64,000 nucleotides of DNA, from assembly GCA_044450345.1 (NCBI GenBank), contig JBIOIY010000001.1:160001-224000 (forward strand), read 5' to 3'. The translations under genes were made by a program, and so were the position numbers. This document shows, piece by piece, positions 19,415-29,206 of the stretch. The stretch is from Thermodesulfovibrionales bacterium (GTDB lineage: Bacteria; Nitrospirota; Thermodesulfovibrionia; Thermodesulfovibrionales; UBA6898). A model generated the notes under the pieces. That model was given only the letters and a program-made list of their open reading frames with translations. It did not search any database and had not been told where the DNA came from. Position 1 is the first letter of the stretch, and each line of letters begins with the position of its first letter.

Positions 19415-22400
19415 TTATTTGCTCCCCTTCCCGCTTATTTTCATTTTTCCGAGATATATGGACCCTTCTGATCCGTCAATACTGATAAACTCGCCCGTAT
19501 GAACGACCCGGCTGTGTAAAACAAATTTCTTGTCCTTTTCCATACAGACAAGGTCCCTGCACCCCACCACACATACTTTGTCAAGCCTGTTGGCAACGAT
19601 GGCCGCATGTGATGTGGCCCCGCCGCGCGCAGTGAAAAGACCGTCTGCTGCTGAAATTTCCTTTATATCGTCGGGCACGGTATCTCCGCGCACCAGGATC
19701 AGGGAGGAGCCGGGATCGACCTCTTTCCAGTGAGTTATATCCTCGAGGCTGAAGACCACCCTGCCTGACAATGCACCTCCGCTCACCCCAATGCCGTGTC
19801 CGAGAAATTTCTCCGACATCTCGAAAGCGTTTTCAAACGACGGTATCCATTTCCTCTCCCTCATCTCCATATTCCTTGCCTGCAGAAGATAAAGGTCTTT
19901 CTTGCGCGGTCCCTCAAAAGTGAATTCAATATCCTGAGGACCCCACTGCCTATCATAGATCAGCACCTTGACGACTTTTCTGAGCGCCTGATAGACTTCA
20001 GGGAACTTGTTTTCGAGGGCCGCCTCCGCGGGCCTGTTTTCCATCTCCGCCTGATAGATTGAAACAGGGAGGGTCGTAACAAGGCCGGAAACAACGTCCT
20101 CTCCCTGATTGCCGATCGTATAGTCGCCCCAGGGTCTCAGTAATTCAGGCGAAAATTTAGGGTTGTGGGTAAACAGCACGCCCGCACCGGACTGTTGAGA
20201 AAGATTGCCGAAGACCATAGACTGCACGGTGACCGCCGTGCCCCAGTCGTCGGAGATACCTATTATTTTTCTGTATGTCTTTGCCTTTGCGGAGTTCCAG
20301 GAATTCAGCACGCGCTGGATGACTATGTATAACTGTTCCCGGGGAGACTCCTCAACTTCGATGCCGTTTGACAGGACAAATTCCCTGTAAGCCATGGACA
20401 CCTCTTTCATCTGCAGGGCTGTAAAGTCCTTCTTATAGGGGACGCCGTATTTCTTCTTGAGTTCATCTATTATGCCGTCGAATGTATCACGCATGAGGCC
20501 GAAGGACATGCCATAGGACTGTAAAAATCTGCGGTAACAGTCCCAGACAAACCATCCATCCGCAGTCTGTCTGATCATGCCGTCGACTATGGACTCATTC
20601 ATTCCTACATTCAGATATGAATCCATCATCCCCGGCTGTGATATCGGCGCACCGCTTCTCACGGAAACGAGCAGCGCGTTCTCAGGGGCGCCGAATGTTT
20701 TTCCCGTGAGTTTTTCGAGATTTGCAATTTCCCTGTCTATCTGCGCTCTGAAATCTTTTTTGGCAGGCGGATAAGCGTCTATTAGTTCCCTGCATCGGAA
20801 TACCTCCGTAGTGATGATAAAACCCGGAGGAACCGGCAGGCCCAGCTTTTTCATCTTCGCGATGTTGAGTCCTTTATTCCCCAACTGGACAAGATCAACC
20901 AGACTTTCATCAGGCGCAGTAATTGAGGTTATAATATTCCGGGGGTTATACGTCAGGAGCAAATAATGTTTATCGAAGGGGAACCCCCCAGCCTGTTCGT
21001 GAAGTGTGTTTGAGATGCGTGTCAGGAAAAGGTCAAGTCTCTGTATGCCCAGCGAAGACGCTATCGTATCTCTTAAGAATATCTCGGCAACCTTTTGAAA
21101 CAACTCTTCGCGGTTATCAGATTCATGGAGATATTTCGGGAGGAGTTTCTCTGCGGGCAGCGTAATCGAGATTTCCCTCAGGTTTTCCTGATGGATGTTA
21201 TTGAAATAGTTGCTGACCAGGTTGCGGACGACCTGCGTGAACCCGCGAAAGATATCCATGTACTGGGTGAACGTGACCATCTTTATCTTAAGCGCCTTAT
21301 TGAGTAATTCAAGCTGTTGTTCAAACTCCCTGGCGGGAATACCGTCTATGTTCAATGCCCGGTTGAAGAGCTTCAGGTATTCATATACCCGTTCAAATGT
21401 TTCATGAGTAATAAACCCGAAATCAAAGTCCTCTATCAACTCTTCAAAAAGAGTATTCACGAGAAACTCCAGCCGGAAGGTGAGCCCCAGCGCATCGAAT
21501 TTTGCCTCACTGTAGCTGCCGTACATGGAAGGTATGTCTGCGGCGATATGACGTTTCCGATAGATATCCTCGCGTATATCAAATGCTACGGGCGACAGTA
21601 TGATATCCTTCAACTGCTGGAGGTAATCCAGCAGCCCGGCGATCTTCTTGAAGGTGTCGTTTAAGGAGAGTATATCTGTCAGTCCGTCGAATTTAAATGG
21701 AACGCTCGATTGCGCGTGGGCTATGTAGTCCTTTATCTTGCAGTTGCCGATACAGTATTTCTGGTTCAGGAGTCTATAAAAATTCACGGCCAGTCCGACC
21801 CTCTCAATATCGGGCCTGTATTCTTCAGGAAATTCGCCGGAGAATTCCGCCACGTAGTCAGCCCCAAGCGACAGGAGGTCGGAGATCCCGATAAGGCCCC
21901 TGGCTTGAAAAATGCGGTTTATTATCTTATTGACGCCATCGATGTAAGGGCCACCCGTTTCAATCTGGTCGTATAGGTTCCGAGGCAGATAGGGTCTCAG
22001 CCGTTCTTTGGATTTAGTCTTCCAGAAATCCAGGGTGGCTTCAATAAGCGGTACGATCTTGTTTGAACTCTCCACATGACTCACTTTTCTCAGGAAATGA
22101 ATCAGGACATCCTTGCGCTTGCATATCTCGTCGATCTCCGTAGAGATGTCCCTCAGCAGTCCCTCAGCCCCTATTTCGTTGAAGTAAGCCGGGAACAGCC
22201 GCATGAGCTGTTTTGAAAGATTATACACCGGCCGGATGTCACTGTTTAAGAAACCGGTGATATCCCTCGGGAATAAATCGGTATCCTTAATGAGAACACC
22301 GCTGATTGAAAGATGGACATTAAGAGAAGAGAGAAGTTTCTTGGACCACTTCGGGTTCAGCTTAATCAATTCCATCCAGATGCGGATATTCTGGATATGT

Positions 22401-23605
22401 GCAAGATTGCTCTGGATCTGCCAGTCATTGCTTACTCCCGTAAAGTCGGGCGTCTGAAACCCCAGCCGGATAACCTGTTCGTTGAAAAAATGGACCAGGT
22501 CGCTTTCATCGGTCTTATATACGCCCATCCCCATGTTCAAAACAGACTTAAGCACCGTATCCGGAAATTTGTCTGAGCTCTGCTTCAGAATACCGAAGGT
22601 CTTTTGAATCAACAGTTGCACATGTTGAATGTCTTCATGATAGATCAGCCAGGCTATAGTACGGTTGATCTCTTTGAGCGTTTCCTCGCGAACGTTTGAT
22701 AACCCGGCGATGTTCATCGTATGAAAAAGAAAGATCATTTTGTAATGGTGTTTAAGTTTTTCATCATGAATTGCGTTAAATATCCTCTCTGGCAGGTCCT
22801 GATAGACGCTGACGAACTTCCCGTACCCCGGCAGTTCCAGAAGTTTCTTCAGGGTGTCGGGAGAACCGTTATCATTCCTGCTGACTATGTCCAAAAGGCG
22901 TGTCTGACAGGTCTTTATCTGCACGTGAGAGAGAAATTCGAAGAGGCCGGATATTTCAGCAGGAATAGTGTCGTGGATTTCGCTAGAGAACCATTCACCG
23001 GGATCACTCTCAGAGAGCCAGTAGGAAAAAGTATATTGAAAATAATTAATCAAGACGGAATTAACGCTCCGGAAGTCTGTCTCCATGGGTGCATTCCGAA
23101 GAAAACTCTCGGCAAGCCTGTTCAACTGATAATAGCTCCCGGCGATAAGAGAAAATATCTCAGGGGGGAATCGTGTTACCCGGTCAAAACCATAATCGAT
23201 TGCGGGCAGGAATCGTTTCAGTTCTTCCCCGGACTCCTCGATACATTTCTGGAGGAGGAGAAAGAGGGCATTAAAGGCGTCTGCTTTAACGTCTGTTTCT
23301 TTGGCCTTCTCGATGGCCTCAAGCGCGATTTCAATATAGAGTTTGACTGCATCAGGACCCTTAGGTTCAGTTCTTAAATCGTAGAAATAACCGAGGGAAA
23401 AAGTCCTTGCCTCATGCACGATGAATTGCCAGTTTTTGAAAGGATGGCAAATCTCTTTCAAAAAAATATCCAACGCTTTTTGCAGGCCGAAATACTTGGA
23501 CATTACTTCCTGTATGACGCGATATTTGGGATCAATGTCAACGTCGACACGGTAATCGGCCAAATTTACCTGAAGGGCTTTGGATAATATCGGTTTCACA
23601 TCCAT
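19415..23605 (-). CDS. PPDK-like dikinase with about 900-aa N-terminal extension and no pyruvate-binding domain
   Basis: LGNKG..LPVPPGFIITT, VSVRSGA..PGMMD, QSMVFGN, QGEDVVSG, QDIEFT (ATP-grasp); C-terminal GGATSHAA phospho-His domain. Confidence 0.85.
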   Translation of the reverse strand: MDVKPILSKALQVNLADYRVDVDIDPKYRVIQEVMSKYFGLQKALDIFLKEICHPFKNWQFIVHEARTFSLGYFYDLRTEPKGPDAVKLYIEIALEAIEKAKETDVKADAFNALFLLLQKCIEESGEELKRFLPAIDYGFDRVTRFPPEIFSLIAGSYYQLNRLAESFLRNAPMETDFRSVNSVLINYFQYTFSYWLSESDPGEWFSSEIHDTIPAEISGLFEFLSHVQIKTCQTRLLDIVSRNDNGSPDTLKKLLELPGYGKFVSVYQDLPERIFNAIHDEKLKHHYKMIFLFHTMNIAGLSNVREETLKEINRTIAWLIYHEDIQHVQLLIQKTFGILKQSSDKFPDTVLKSVLNMGMGVYKTDESDLVHFFNEQVIRLGFQTPDFTGVSNDWQIQSNLAHIQNIRIWMELIKLNPKWSKKLLSSLNVHLSISGVLIKDTDLFPRDITGFLNSDIRPVYNLSKQLMRLFPAYFNEIGAEGLLRDISTEIDEICKRKDVLIHFLRKVSHVESSNKIVPLIEATLDFWKTKSKERLRPYLPRNLYDQIETGGPYIDGVNKIINRIFQARGLIGISDLLSLGADYVAEFSGEFPEEYRPDIERVGLAVNFYRLLNQKYCIGNCKIKDYIAHAQSSVPFKFDGLTDILSLNDTFKKIAGLLDYLQQLKDIILSPVAFDIREDIYRKRHIAADIPSMYGSYSEAKFDALGLTFRLEFLVNTLFEELIEDFDFGFITHETFERVYEYLKLFNRALNIDGIPAREFEQQLELLNKALKIKMVTFTQYMDIFRGFTQVVRNLVSNYFNNIHQENLREISITLPAEKLLPKYLHESDNREELFQKVAEIFLRDTIASSLGIQRLDLFLTRISNTLHEQAGGFPFDKHYLLLTYNPRNIITSITAPDESLVDLVQLGNKGLNIAKMKKLGLPVPPGFIITTEVFRCRELIDAYPPAKKDFRAQIDREIANLEKLTGKTFGAPENALLVSVRSGAPISQPGMMDSYLNVGMNESIVDGMIRQTADGWFVWDCYRRFLQSYGMSFGLMRDTFDGIIDELKKKYGVPYKKDFTALQMKEVSMAYREFVLSNGIEVEESPREQLYIVIQRVLNSWNSAKAKTYRKIIGISDDWGTAVTVQSMVFGNLSQQSGAGVLFTHNPKFSPELLRPWGDYTIGNQGEDVVSGLVTTLPVSIYQAEMENRPAEAALENKFPEVYQALRKVVKVLIYDRQWGPQDIEFTFEGPRKKDLYLLQARNMEMRERKWIPSFENAFEMSEKFLGHGIGVSGGALSGRVVFSLEDITHWKEVDPGSSLILVRGDTVPDDIKEISAADGLFTARGGATSHAAIVANRLDKVCVVGCRDLVCMEKDKKFVLHSRVVHTGEFISIDGSEGSIYLGKMKISGKGSK

Positions 23606-23878
23606 GCTTTATTTTATCATGATCCTGTCTCATCCTTAATCATATTTATTTGAAGTTCCTGAGTTTCAACCTAACTCGAATATGCTCTATTTTCCTCATT
23701 AAACAATAACTTGGCTTGGAGCTACTTATTCGGGCAGGCATAAATAAGAACGAGAGCTTATACTAAAAAGAGTTTTGTTGAAAGGGACGCGTGAAGAACA
23801 CCGCCCCCTTCGAGAAGCAACTCGCAGGTCATTCTTGCTGCCGCTTTGAGGTGATATCTCGTCGGCCGATGCTTCGGT

Positions 23879-24181
23879 TTATCCCGGCAGCTTGGCTGCG
23901 AGGACTTCTGCCTTTTCGATAACAGGCGGCTGCGCCAGCAGTTCGGAGGCCTTTGCCATCAGCGCAGCGGCAACACGGCCGGAGAGGTGGGCCTGACGGC
24001 CGGCCTCGTCGGGGAAGGCATCGAAGATACCGAAGGTCGACGGCCCGAGGCGGAGCGCAAACCAGGCGATCGTGCCGGGCTCCTCCATGACCACCGCAAG
24101 ACCCCCGCGAAGAAAGTCCTCCACTTCAGCCTCCTTTCCTGGTTTTGCATCCAGTCTGACAAACAGTGCTGTCTTAACCAT
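23879..24181 (-). CDS. antibiotic biosynthesis monooxygenase (ABM) family protein
   Basis: LDAKPGKEAEV, EEPGT, FGIFDAFPDEAGRQAHL; GAGG RBS. Confidence 0.85.
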   Translation of the reverse strand: MVKTALFVRLDAKPGKEAEVEDFLRGGLAVVMEEPGTIAWFALRLGPSTFGIFDAFPDEAGRQAHLSGRVAAALMAKASELLAQPPVIEKAEVLAAKLPG

Positions 24182-24335
24182 GACTTCCTCCTTTGTTTAT
24201 CATGAACCGTTGCGAGTGCCGGAATGAACATATGCCTTAAACGCGGCCCTGTTCATACCTGTACTCGTTAAGGAAAGATTAGCACGGAAATATGCCCTTG
24301 CCTATCCAGAGTCTTTTTCAGCCCCCGGGTAACAA

Positions 24336-24362
24336 AAAGGGGCTGTCCATGACAGCCCCTTT
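24336..24362. terminator. intrinsic terminator, probably bidirectional
   Basis: 12-bp perfect stem AAAGGGGCTGTC-cat-GACAGCCCCTTT downstream of the IPTL-CTERM gene. Confidence 0.8.
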
Positions 24363-24389
24363 AGTGCTTTTTTTAATTACAGAAGAATT

Positions 24390-25553
24390 CTATCCTCTGG
24401 ACTTTTGTCTCCTGAAGTAATAAAGTGAGCCAAGTCCTGATAGAATAACAAATATGATCATGCCCCATTGGCCCATAGCCGGTATCGATACCGGCTTAGG
24501 TGGCTCGACACTGAAATTGGCCACCCGCGACTTGTCAGTTACGCTCATGCAGGCCAGGGCATTGGGATTTGTCAGGTTCGCGAGTTCGGCGGACTTCGCC
24601 GCGGCAGCCGCCTTTGAGGGCTGGCCTGTCGCAAAATTCATGATGATCTTGGTCTCGCCGGGTGCAAGAGTGAAGGTGTATCCCCAGTAAGGGCGGTCAC
24701 TGCCGTTGGCGAAATGAATGCCGGCAAGTCCCACAGAGGCGCCGGTGCTCTGGAGCACATGTCCAAGGCGTGGATCAGTTGATGTGGTGGCGGGACTTAC
24801 AAAGTTCTGCATAGTGGTGACCCATGTGTCGGTGACTTCAGCGGTATTATTGCCGCTTGAGGTGCCGGTAATGATCGTATTGGAGTCGGACCCCAGGTTA
24901 TTAGCCGTAATAAGCGTGACCGTCTGGGGCGTGACGCCGGTGTTTGTTACTATGTTCTGCCAGCGGGCAAAGGAGTCGTTGTCCGGCACAAAGACCTTCC
25001 TCGATACGGTGAGGTTCCCGATCGTCTGCGGGTTGAATATGATCTGCCGGTTATTGGCGCATGTCTGATCAACAGTCGATGCGCCATTTTTGTTGTAGAA
25101 GATAAAATTGGCGTTGCCGGTGGCACATTGCGCTACTGTGTTGTTGAGGCTGAGACAGATTGTGTTGTAGCCGTCAAAGGCATCGTTCAGCGTTGCGGAT
25201 ACATGCCCTCCGTTCGCTGTGGTTGCGGACACCGGAGCTACATACGATGCCTCCATCATGGCGCCTGAAGCCGACGATGTGGTATTGAAAGTAATGTTGT
25301 CGTTAATGAACCACTTCAGGCCTGATCCGTCGATGAGCGTTTTCGATCCCGTTGCCTTAGGTGGAATGCCCACATTCCCTCCCTGGTCCTTCATCTGTTT
25401 GGCGTAGGACTTCCTGTCGGTGAGCGAAACATCAGCAAACGCACTGGTTGCGATTACCAAGGCCAGCACCATAAAGACACCGAATCCGGGGACCATTCCG
25501 GCAAGTCTCAGTCTGATGTTACTTCCCCCTTTTACGAGATACTCTAATCTCAC
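24390..25553 (-). CDS. surface protein with IPTL-CTERM-type sorting signal
   Basis: Signal peptide; Thr/Asn/Gly-rich body; C-terminus SIPAMGQWGMIIFVILSGLGSLYYFRRQKSRG; AGGAGG RBS. Confidence 0.82.
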   Translation of the reverse strand: MRLEYLVKGGSNIRLRLAGMVPGFGVFMVLALVIATSAFADVSLTDRKSYAKQMKDQGGNVGIPPKATGSKTLIDGSGLKWFINDNITFNTTSSASGAMMEASYVAPVSATTANGGHVSATLNDAFDGYNTICLSLNNTVAQCATGNANFIFYNKNGASTVDQTCANNRQIIFNPQTIGNLTVSRKVFVPDNDSFARWQNIVTNTGVTPQTVTLITANNLGSDSNTIITGTSSGNNTAEVTDTWVTTMQNFVSPATTSTDPRLGHVLQSTGASVGLAGIHFANGSDRPYWGYTFTLAPGETKIIMNFATGQPSKAAAAAKSAELANLTNPNALACMSVTDKSRVANFSVEPPKPVSIPAMGQWGMIIFVILSGLGSLYYFRRQKSRG

Positions 25554-25611
25554 AAATAAGCCCTCCTTTTCAAGGATATTTAGGAATTTTAGCTTCTCAG
25601 TAATTTTAGAA

Positions 25612-25640
25612 ATTCTATGCTAAACAGCTGCTCCTGTCAA
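25612..25640 (-). promoter_or_regulatory. sigma70-type promoter for the IPTL-CTERM gene
   Basis: TTGACA-17 nt-TAGAAT on the minus strand. Confidence 0.6.
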
Positions 25641-25695
25641 GTACTCTTTTGGTCTCTTTTGCCTCTTTTCTGCTATAGTTTTGCTATAGTATAAA

Positions 25696-27912
25696 ATGGA
25701 TTTAATGAATTCCCCGCAGGCCGAACAAGTACTGTTGCGCAAAAGGTTCTTCTCCCGGGGCCTGCTCTTTTTCACCGCCTCCATGTTTTTTTTCCTGATT
25801 GCTGTTTTTTTTGTAAAACTGCCTCCAATGGCCCATCCAAACGTCCTCCTGATCACAATCGACACGCTCAGGGCAGATCGTCTGGGCTGTTACGGCTTCC
25901 CTTTTGCGAGGACTCCGAACATCGATGCCGTTGCGCGGGAAGGGGTCCGTTACAGCGATGCTATTGCCGTCGCGCCTATCACCCTGCCTTCCCATACATC
26001 GATACTCACCGGCATGAACCCTCCTGCACACGGTGTTCGCGACAATGGGACCTACCGGGTCGGCGACGATACCGTGACCCTGGCAGACCGCCTGAAGTCG
26101 GCAGGATACACTACGCACGCCTTTGTATCGGCGGCCGTATTGAACCGCAGGTACAACCTCTCCAAGGGGTTCGAGGACTACGACGACAACCTATGGGGTG
26201 AAGACAATCCGAAGTTGTTCATGATCCGCGAACGGCGGGCGAACAAGACTATCGACAGTGTTCTCACCTGGTTTGGCCGCTGGCGCTCCTCCAGGGACCG
26301 CAAGCCCTTTTTCACCTGGGTGCATCTCTTCGACCCTCACCAGCCCTACCGACCGCCCTCCTGGGCGCGTGCCTTGACGCCCTCCCCCTACGATGGGGAG
26401 ATTGCCTTCGCAGACCGGGAGCTTGGCAGGCTGTTCAGCGCATTGCGCCAAAGCGGGGTCATGGACAACACTATCGTCGTTATCACGGCAGACCATGGAG
26501 AGAGTCTCGGCGACCACAATGAAAAGACGCATGCGATCTTTATCTATGACGCCACGGTCCATGTCCCGCTGATCATCCGTTTTCCACGCCTCCTGCCGAC
26601 AGGGTCGGTGTACCGCGGACCGGTGCGCTCGATCGACATCGTGCCGACGCTGCTGTCGATCCTTGGGGTCAAAGGGGCCGAAGAGACCCAAGGGGTCAAC
26701 CTGGTGCCGGCCACACTCGGGAAGATACGGCCTCCCGACCTTCCCCAGTACTCGGAGTCGCGCCTTTCCGAGCTCGGATTCGGCATGGCCCCTCTTTACG
26801 GTCTGCGCAAGGGTGGTCATAAATGGATCAGGGCGCCGAAGCCGGAGGTATACGACCTCAAGGCTGACCCGCAGGAGCTTGTCAATATATACGACGGGAA
26901 CAAGACGCTGGCCGCGGAGCTCGACGAAGAACTCGGACGCATCATGGAGAAGGGATACAAGGGGCCGGTGTCAGACGCCGACAACCCCATGAACCGTGAG
27001 ACCCTCGATATGCTCCAGAGCCTGGGGTATCTCGCCTCTTCGGAAGAACGCCGGAGCATGTCCGGGATGGACCCAAAGGATGGGATCGCCATTTACAACC
27101 AGCTTGAGGAGGCGCGTCATCTGGCCCAGCATGACCGGCTGGAGGAATCGGAGGCGCAATTAAACGATATCCTTCGGTCTCTCCCAAAGCATGTTTCGGC
27201 GAGGAACATTTTAGGCTTTGTCCTGATGAAGCAGAACCGGCCGGCGGAGGCGCGTAGTCATTACCTTCAGTCGCTCAGGGACGATCCCAAGCAGGCCCGT
27301 GTTCATGTGATGCTCGGGTATCTCGCCCTTTCAGAAGGCAACTTCGCGGAGGCCGAGCGGCGCATGCGGGAAGCGCTTGCAATATCGCCGCAATTTGTCG
27401 AGGCGGCAAGCGGCATGGGTTTTATAGAGGACATTCAGGGGAATGCGGCATCCGCTCTCAGCTGGTATGAAAAGGCCATCGCCATGGACCCGTACTACCC
27501 CCTAGTGTACCGGCGGATCGCTGATTTCCATTACGATCGGAAAGATTTCAGCAAGGCGCTCCGCTACTATGAGAAAAGCCTAGAGCGTCTGCCCGGCGAT
27601 TTCAGGTCCCTGATCCAGGCCGGCAACAGCGCTCGCCGGCTGAGCGATATGCAGAAGGGCAGACAGTATTATGAAAGGTCCGCCAAACTCCGGCCTGACT
27701 CGTGGATCCCGCTTTACAACATGGCATGTCTGAAATCACTCAACGGAGATGTAGACGGCGCCCTTGTTGAGCTGCGCGAGGCTGTCGGCAAAGGCCTCCC
27801 TTCAAAGGACCTGCTGAGGACGGACGGCGATCTTAAGAATGTTCGCAATAACCGCGGGTTCGGCGCAATTGTTGCGGCGGTCCGCCCAGGCGGCGGGGAT
27901 GACCCCGAATAA
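25696..27912 (+). CDS. sulfatase-like hydrolase with C-terminal TPR repeats
   Basis: N-terminal TM; PNVLLITIDTLRAD, PITLPSH, HLFDPH, TADHGE; LQSLGY linker; TPR-like repeats. Confidence 0.9.
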   Translation: MDLMNSPQAEQVLLRKRFFSRGLLFFTASMFFFLIAVFFVKLPPMAHPNVLLITIDTLRADRLGCYGFPFARTPNIDAVAREGVRYSDAIAVAPITLPSHTSILTGMNPPAHGVRDNGTYRVGDDTVTLADRLKSAGYTTHAFVSAAVLNRRYNLSKGFEDYDDNLWGEDNPKLFMIRERRANKTIDSVLTWFGRWRSSRDRKPFFTWVHLFDPHQPYRPPSWARALTPSPYDGEIAFADRELGRLFSALRQSGVMDNTIVVITADHGESLGDHNEKTHAIFIYDATVHVPLIIRFPRLLPTGSVYRGPVRSIDIVPTLLSILGVKGAEETQGVNLVPATLGKIRPPDLPQYSESRLSELGFGMAPLYGLRKGGHKWIRAPKPEVYDLKADPQELVNIYDGNKTLAAELDEELGRIMEKGYKGPVSDADNPMNRETLDMLQSLGYLASSEERRSMSGMDPKDGIAIYNQLEEARHLAQHDRLEESEAQLNDILRSLPKHVSARNILGFVLMKQNRPAEARSHYLQSLRDDPKQARVHVMLGYLALSEGNFAEAERRMREALAISPQFVEAASGMGFIEDIQGNAASALSWYEKAIAMDPYYPLVYRRIADFHYDRKDFSKALRYYEKSLERLPGDFRSLIQAGNSARRLSDMQKGRQYYERSAKLRPDSWIPLYNMACLKSLNGDVDGALVELREAVGKGLPSKDLLRTDGDLKNVRNNRGFGAIVAAVRPGGGDDPE

Positions 27913-27915
27913 CCC

Positions 27916-28713
27916 TTACATATAGCCGAGCGACCGAAGCCTGTCCATGAGTTGTTCTTTCTCCTGCCCCCTGCCTGCGCGCTCAGGCGACGCTTCCAGG
28001 TCCTGCTCCCAGGCAGGCAGATCGGATGTCCTGAGCGTATTATATCGCGCTCCAAGAGACCGATACCCCAGTGCATAAAGCCCGCAGTAGGGGATTTCAT
28101 TCCCTAAAATAGCGTCCCAGACATCACGCTCGGTAAAGTGGAGAATAGGGTGTACGCGCATATGCGGCGGCTCGTTATCCGGCCTATCGCTGAAATAACT
28201 CTCCTGACCGCGCGCCGACTGCTCGTCGCGTCTGATCGCCGTGGCAAGGGCCTTCAGCCCGTGCTCCCGGATGAACATATTCATTGCGCAGGTTTTCAGC
28301 AGATGGTTTCCGGCCAGGCTTTCGGGTTCAAAGGGAAAGGTGTCCCCGGTGTAGCCGATCCTCAGGAGTTCGGCCCTGTTTTGCTCGTTGAGACTCGATA
28401 CCACAATGGTATCACCTATCCCATGCGCCCTGGAGATGACATCGGTATTTCTTGCTTCAACAAGCTCGATATCCCATGCAGCAGTAACCGTTCCCATGAA
28501 AGTCCTGATCTCCTCAAAAACGTCGCCCTCGTCGATCATCATGCATTTTGGAAGGCGCATCCCCCTCTCGCCGCATACGAGCCTGAATAGCCAGAGCACC
28601 AGTGTGCTGTCCTTGTGGCCGGTCCACGCTATTGCCATCTTCTCGCTGCCGAACCGGTCAAACGCCTCGGTGATTATCTCCTTCGATTTTTCAATCTTCT
28701 GCGCCAGCGTCAT
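27916..28713 (-). CDS. PAPS-reductase-family PP-loop protein, CysD-like
   Basis: WTGHKDS PP-loop, IRRDEQSAR..E.YFS, RVHPILHF, YALGYRSLG, ERAGR; no Fe-S Cys motifs. Confidence 0.8.
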   Translation of the reverse strand: MTLAQKIEKSKEIITEAFDRFGSEKMAIAWTGHKDSTLVLWLFRLVCGERGMRLPKCMMIDEGDVFEEIRTFMGTVTAAWDIELVEARNTDVISRAHGIGDTIVVSSLNEQNRAELLRIGYTGDTFPFEPESLAGNHLLKTCAMNMFIREHGLKALATAIRRDEQSARGQESYFSDRPDNEPPHMRVHPILHFTERDVWDAILGNEIPYCGLYALGYRSLGARYNTLRTSDLPAWEQDLEASPERAGRGQEKEQLMDRLRSLGYM

Positions 28714-28877
28714 TTTTTACTATAGAGAATGTTTGTGAATCATGTCAATCGCGTTTGGTATGAATCACGGACGCATCCTGAAAAAAGCAAGCCGCGTAAT
28801 ATCTATATCCACCTGCCCAGAGGGCCTGATTGACAACCCCATCTCTAAACAATTATTATGAAAACACATTGAAAACA

Positions 28878-29156
28878 ATGACGAAGGGAACATCAACGAC
28901 TTGCCTGGTTTTAGTTGCGTCAGGATTGTTTTTGTCCGCCACTGCCTATGCGTATGTCGACCCTTATACCGGCGGAATGATTACAAGTTCTCTCTCAACC
29001 ATCCTCGCGGCTGCATTGGGTTTCATGAGCGCAGGCCTCGTTCTCTTCAGAGGCTTTCTCGGCCGCCTGCTTGGCAATAAGTTCGCTCGCTATCTGATCT
29101 TCGCGGCACTGGCATGTCTCGCCGTGTCGGGAATATATGTATTCGTACATTCCTGA
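28878..29156 (+). CDS. small membrane protein with AYAYVDPYTG motif
   Basis: Signal-like N-terminus, Y-x-D-P-x-T-G motif, two hydrophobic helices; the TTG at 28830 is more likely a -35 box. Confidence 0.65.
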   Translation: MTKGTSTTCLVLVASGLFLSATAYAYVDPYTGGMITSSLSTILAAALGFMSAGLVLFRGFLGRLLGNKFARYLIFAALACLAVSGIYVFVHS

Positions 29157-29206
29157 TGTATCGCGTTGCCGGTCGGCGCTGAGGACGGTTTCCACGGCAT
29201 ATTGCT

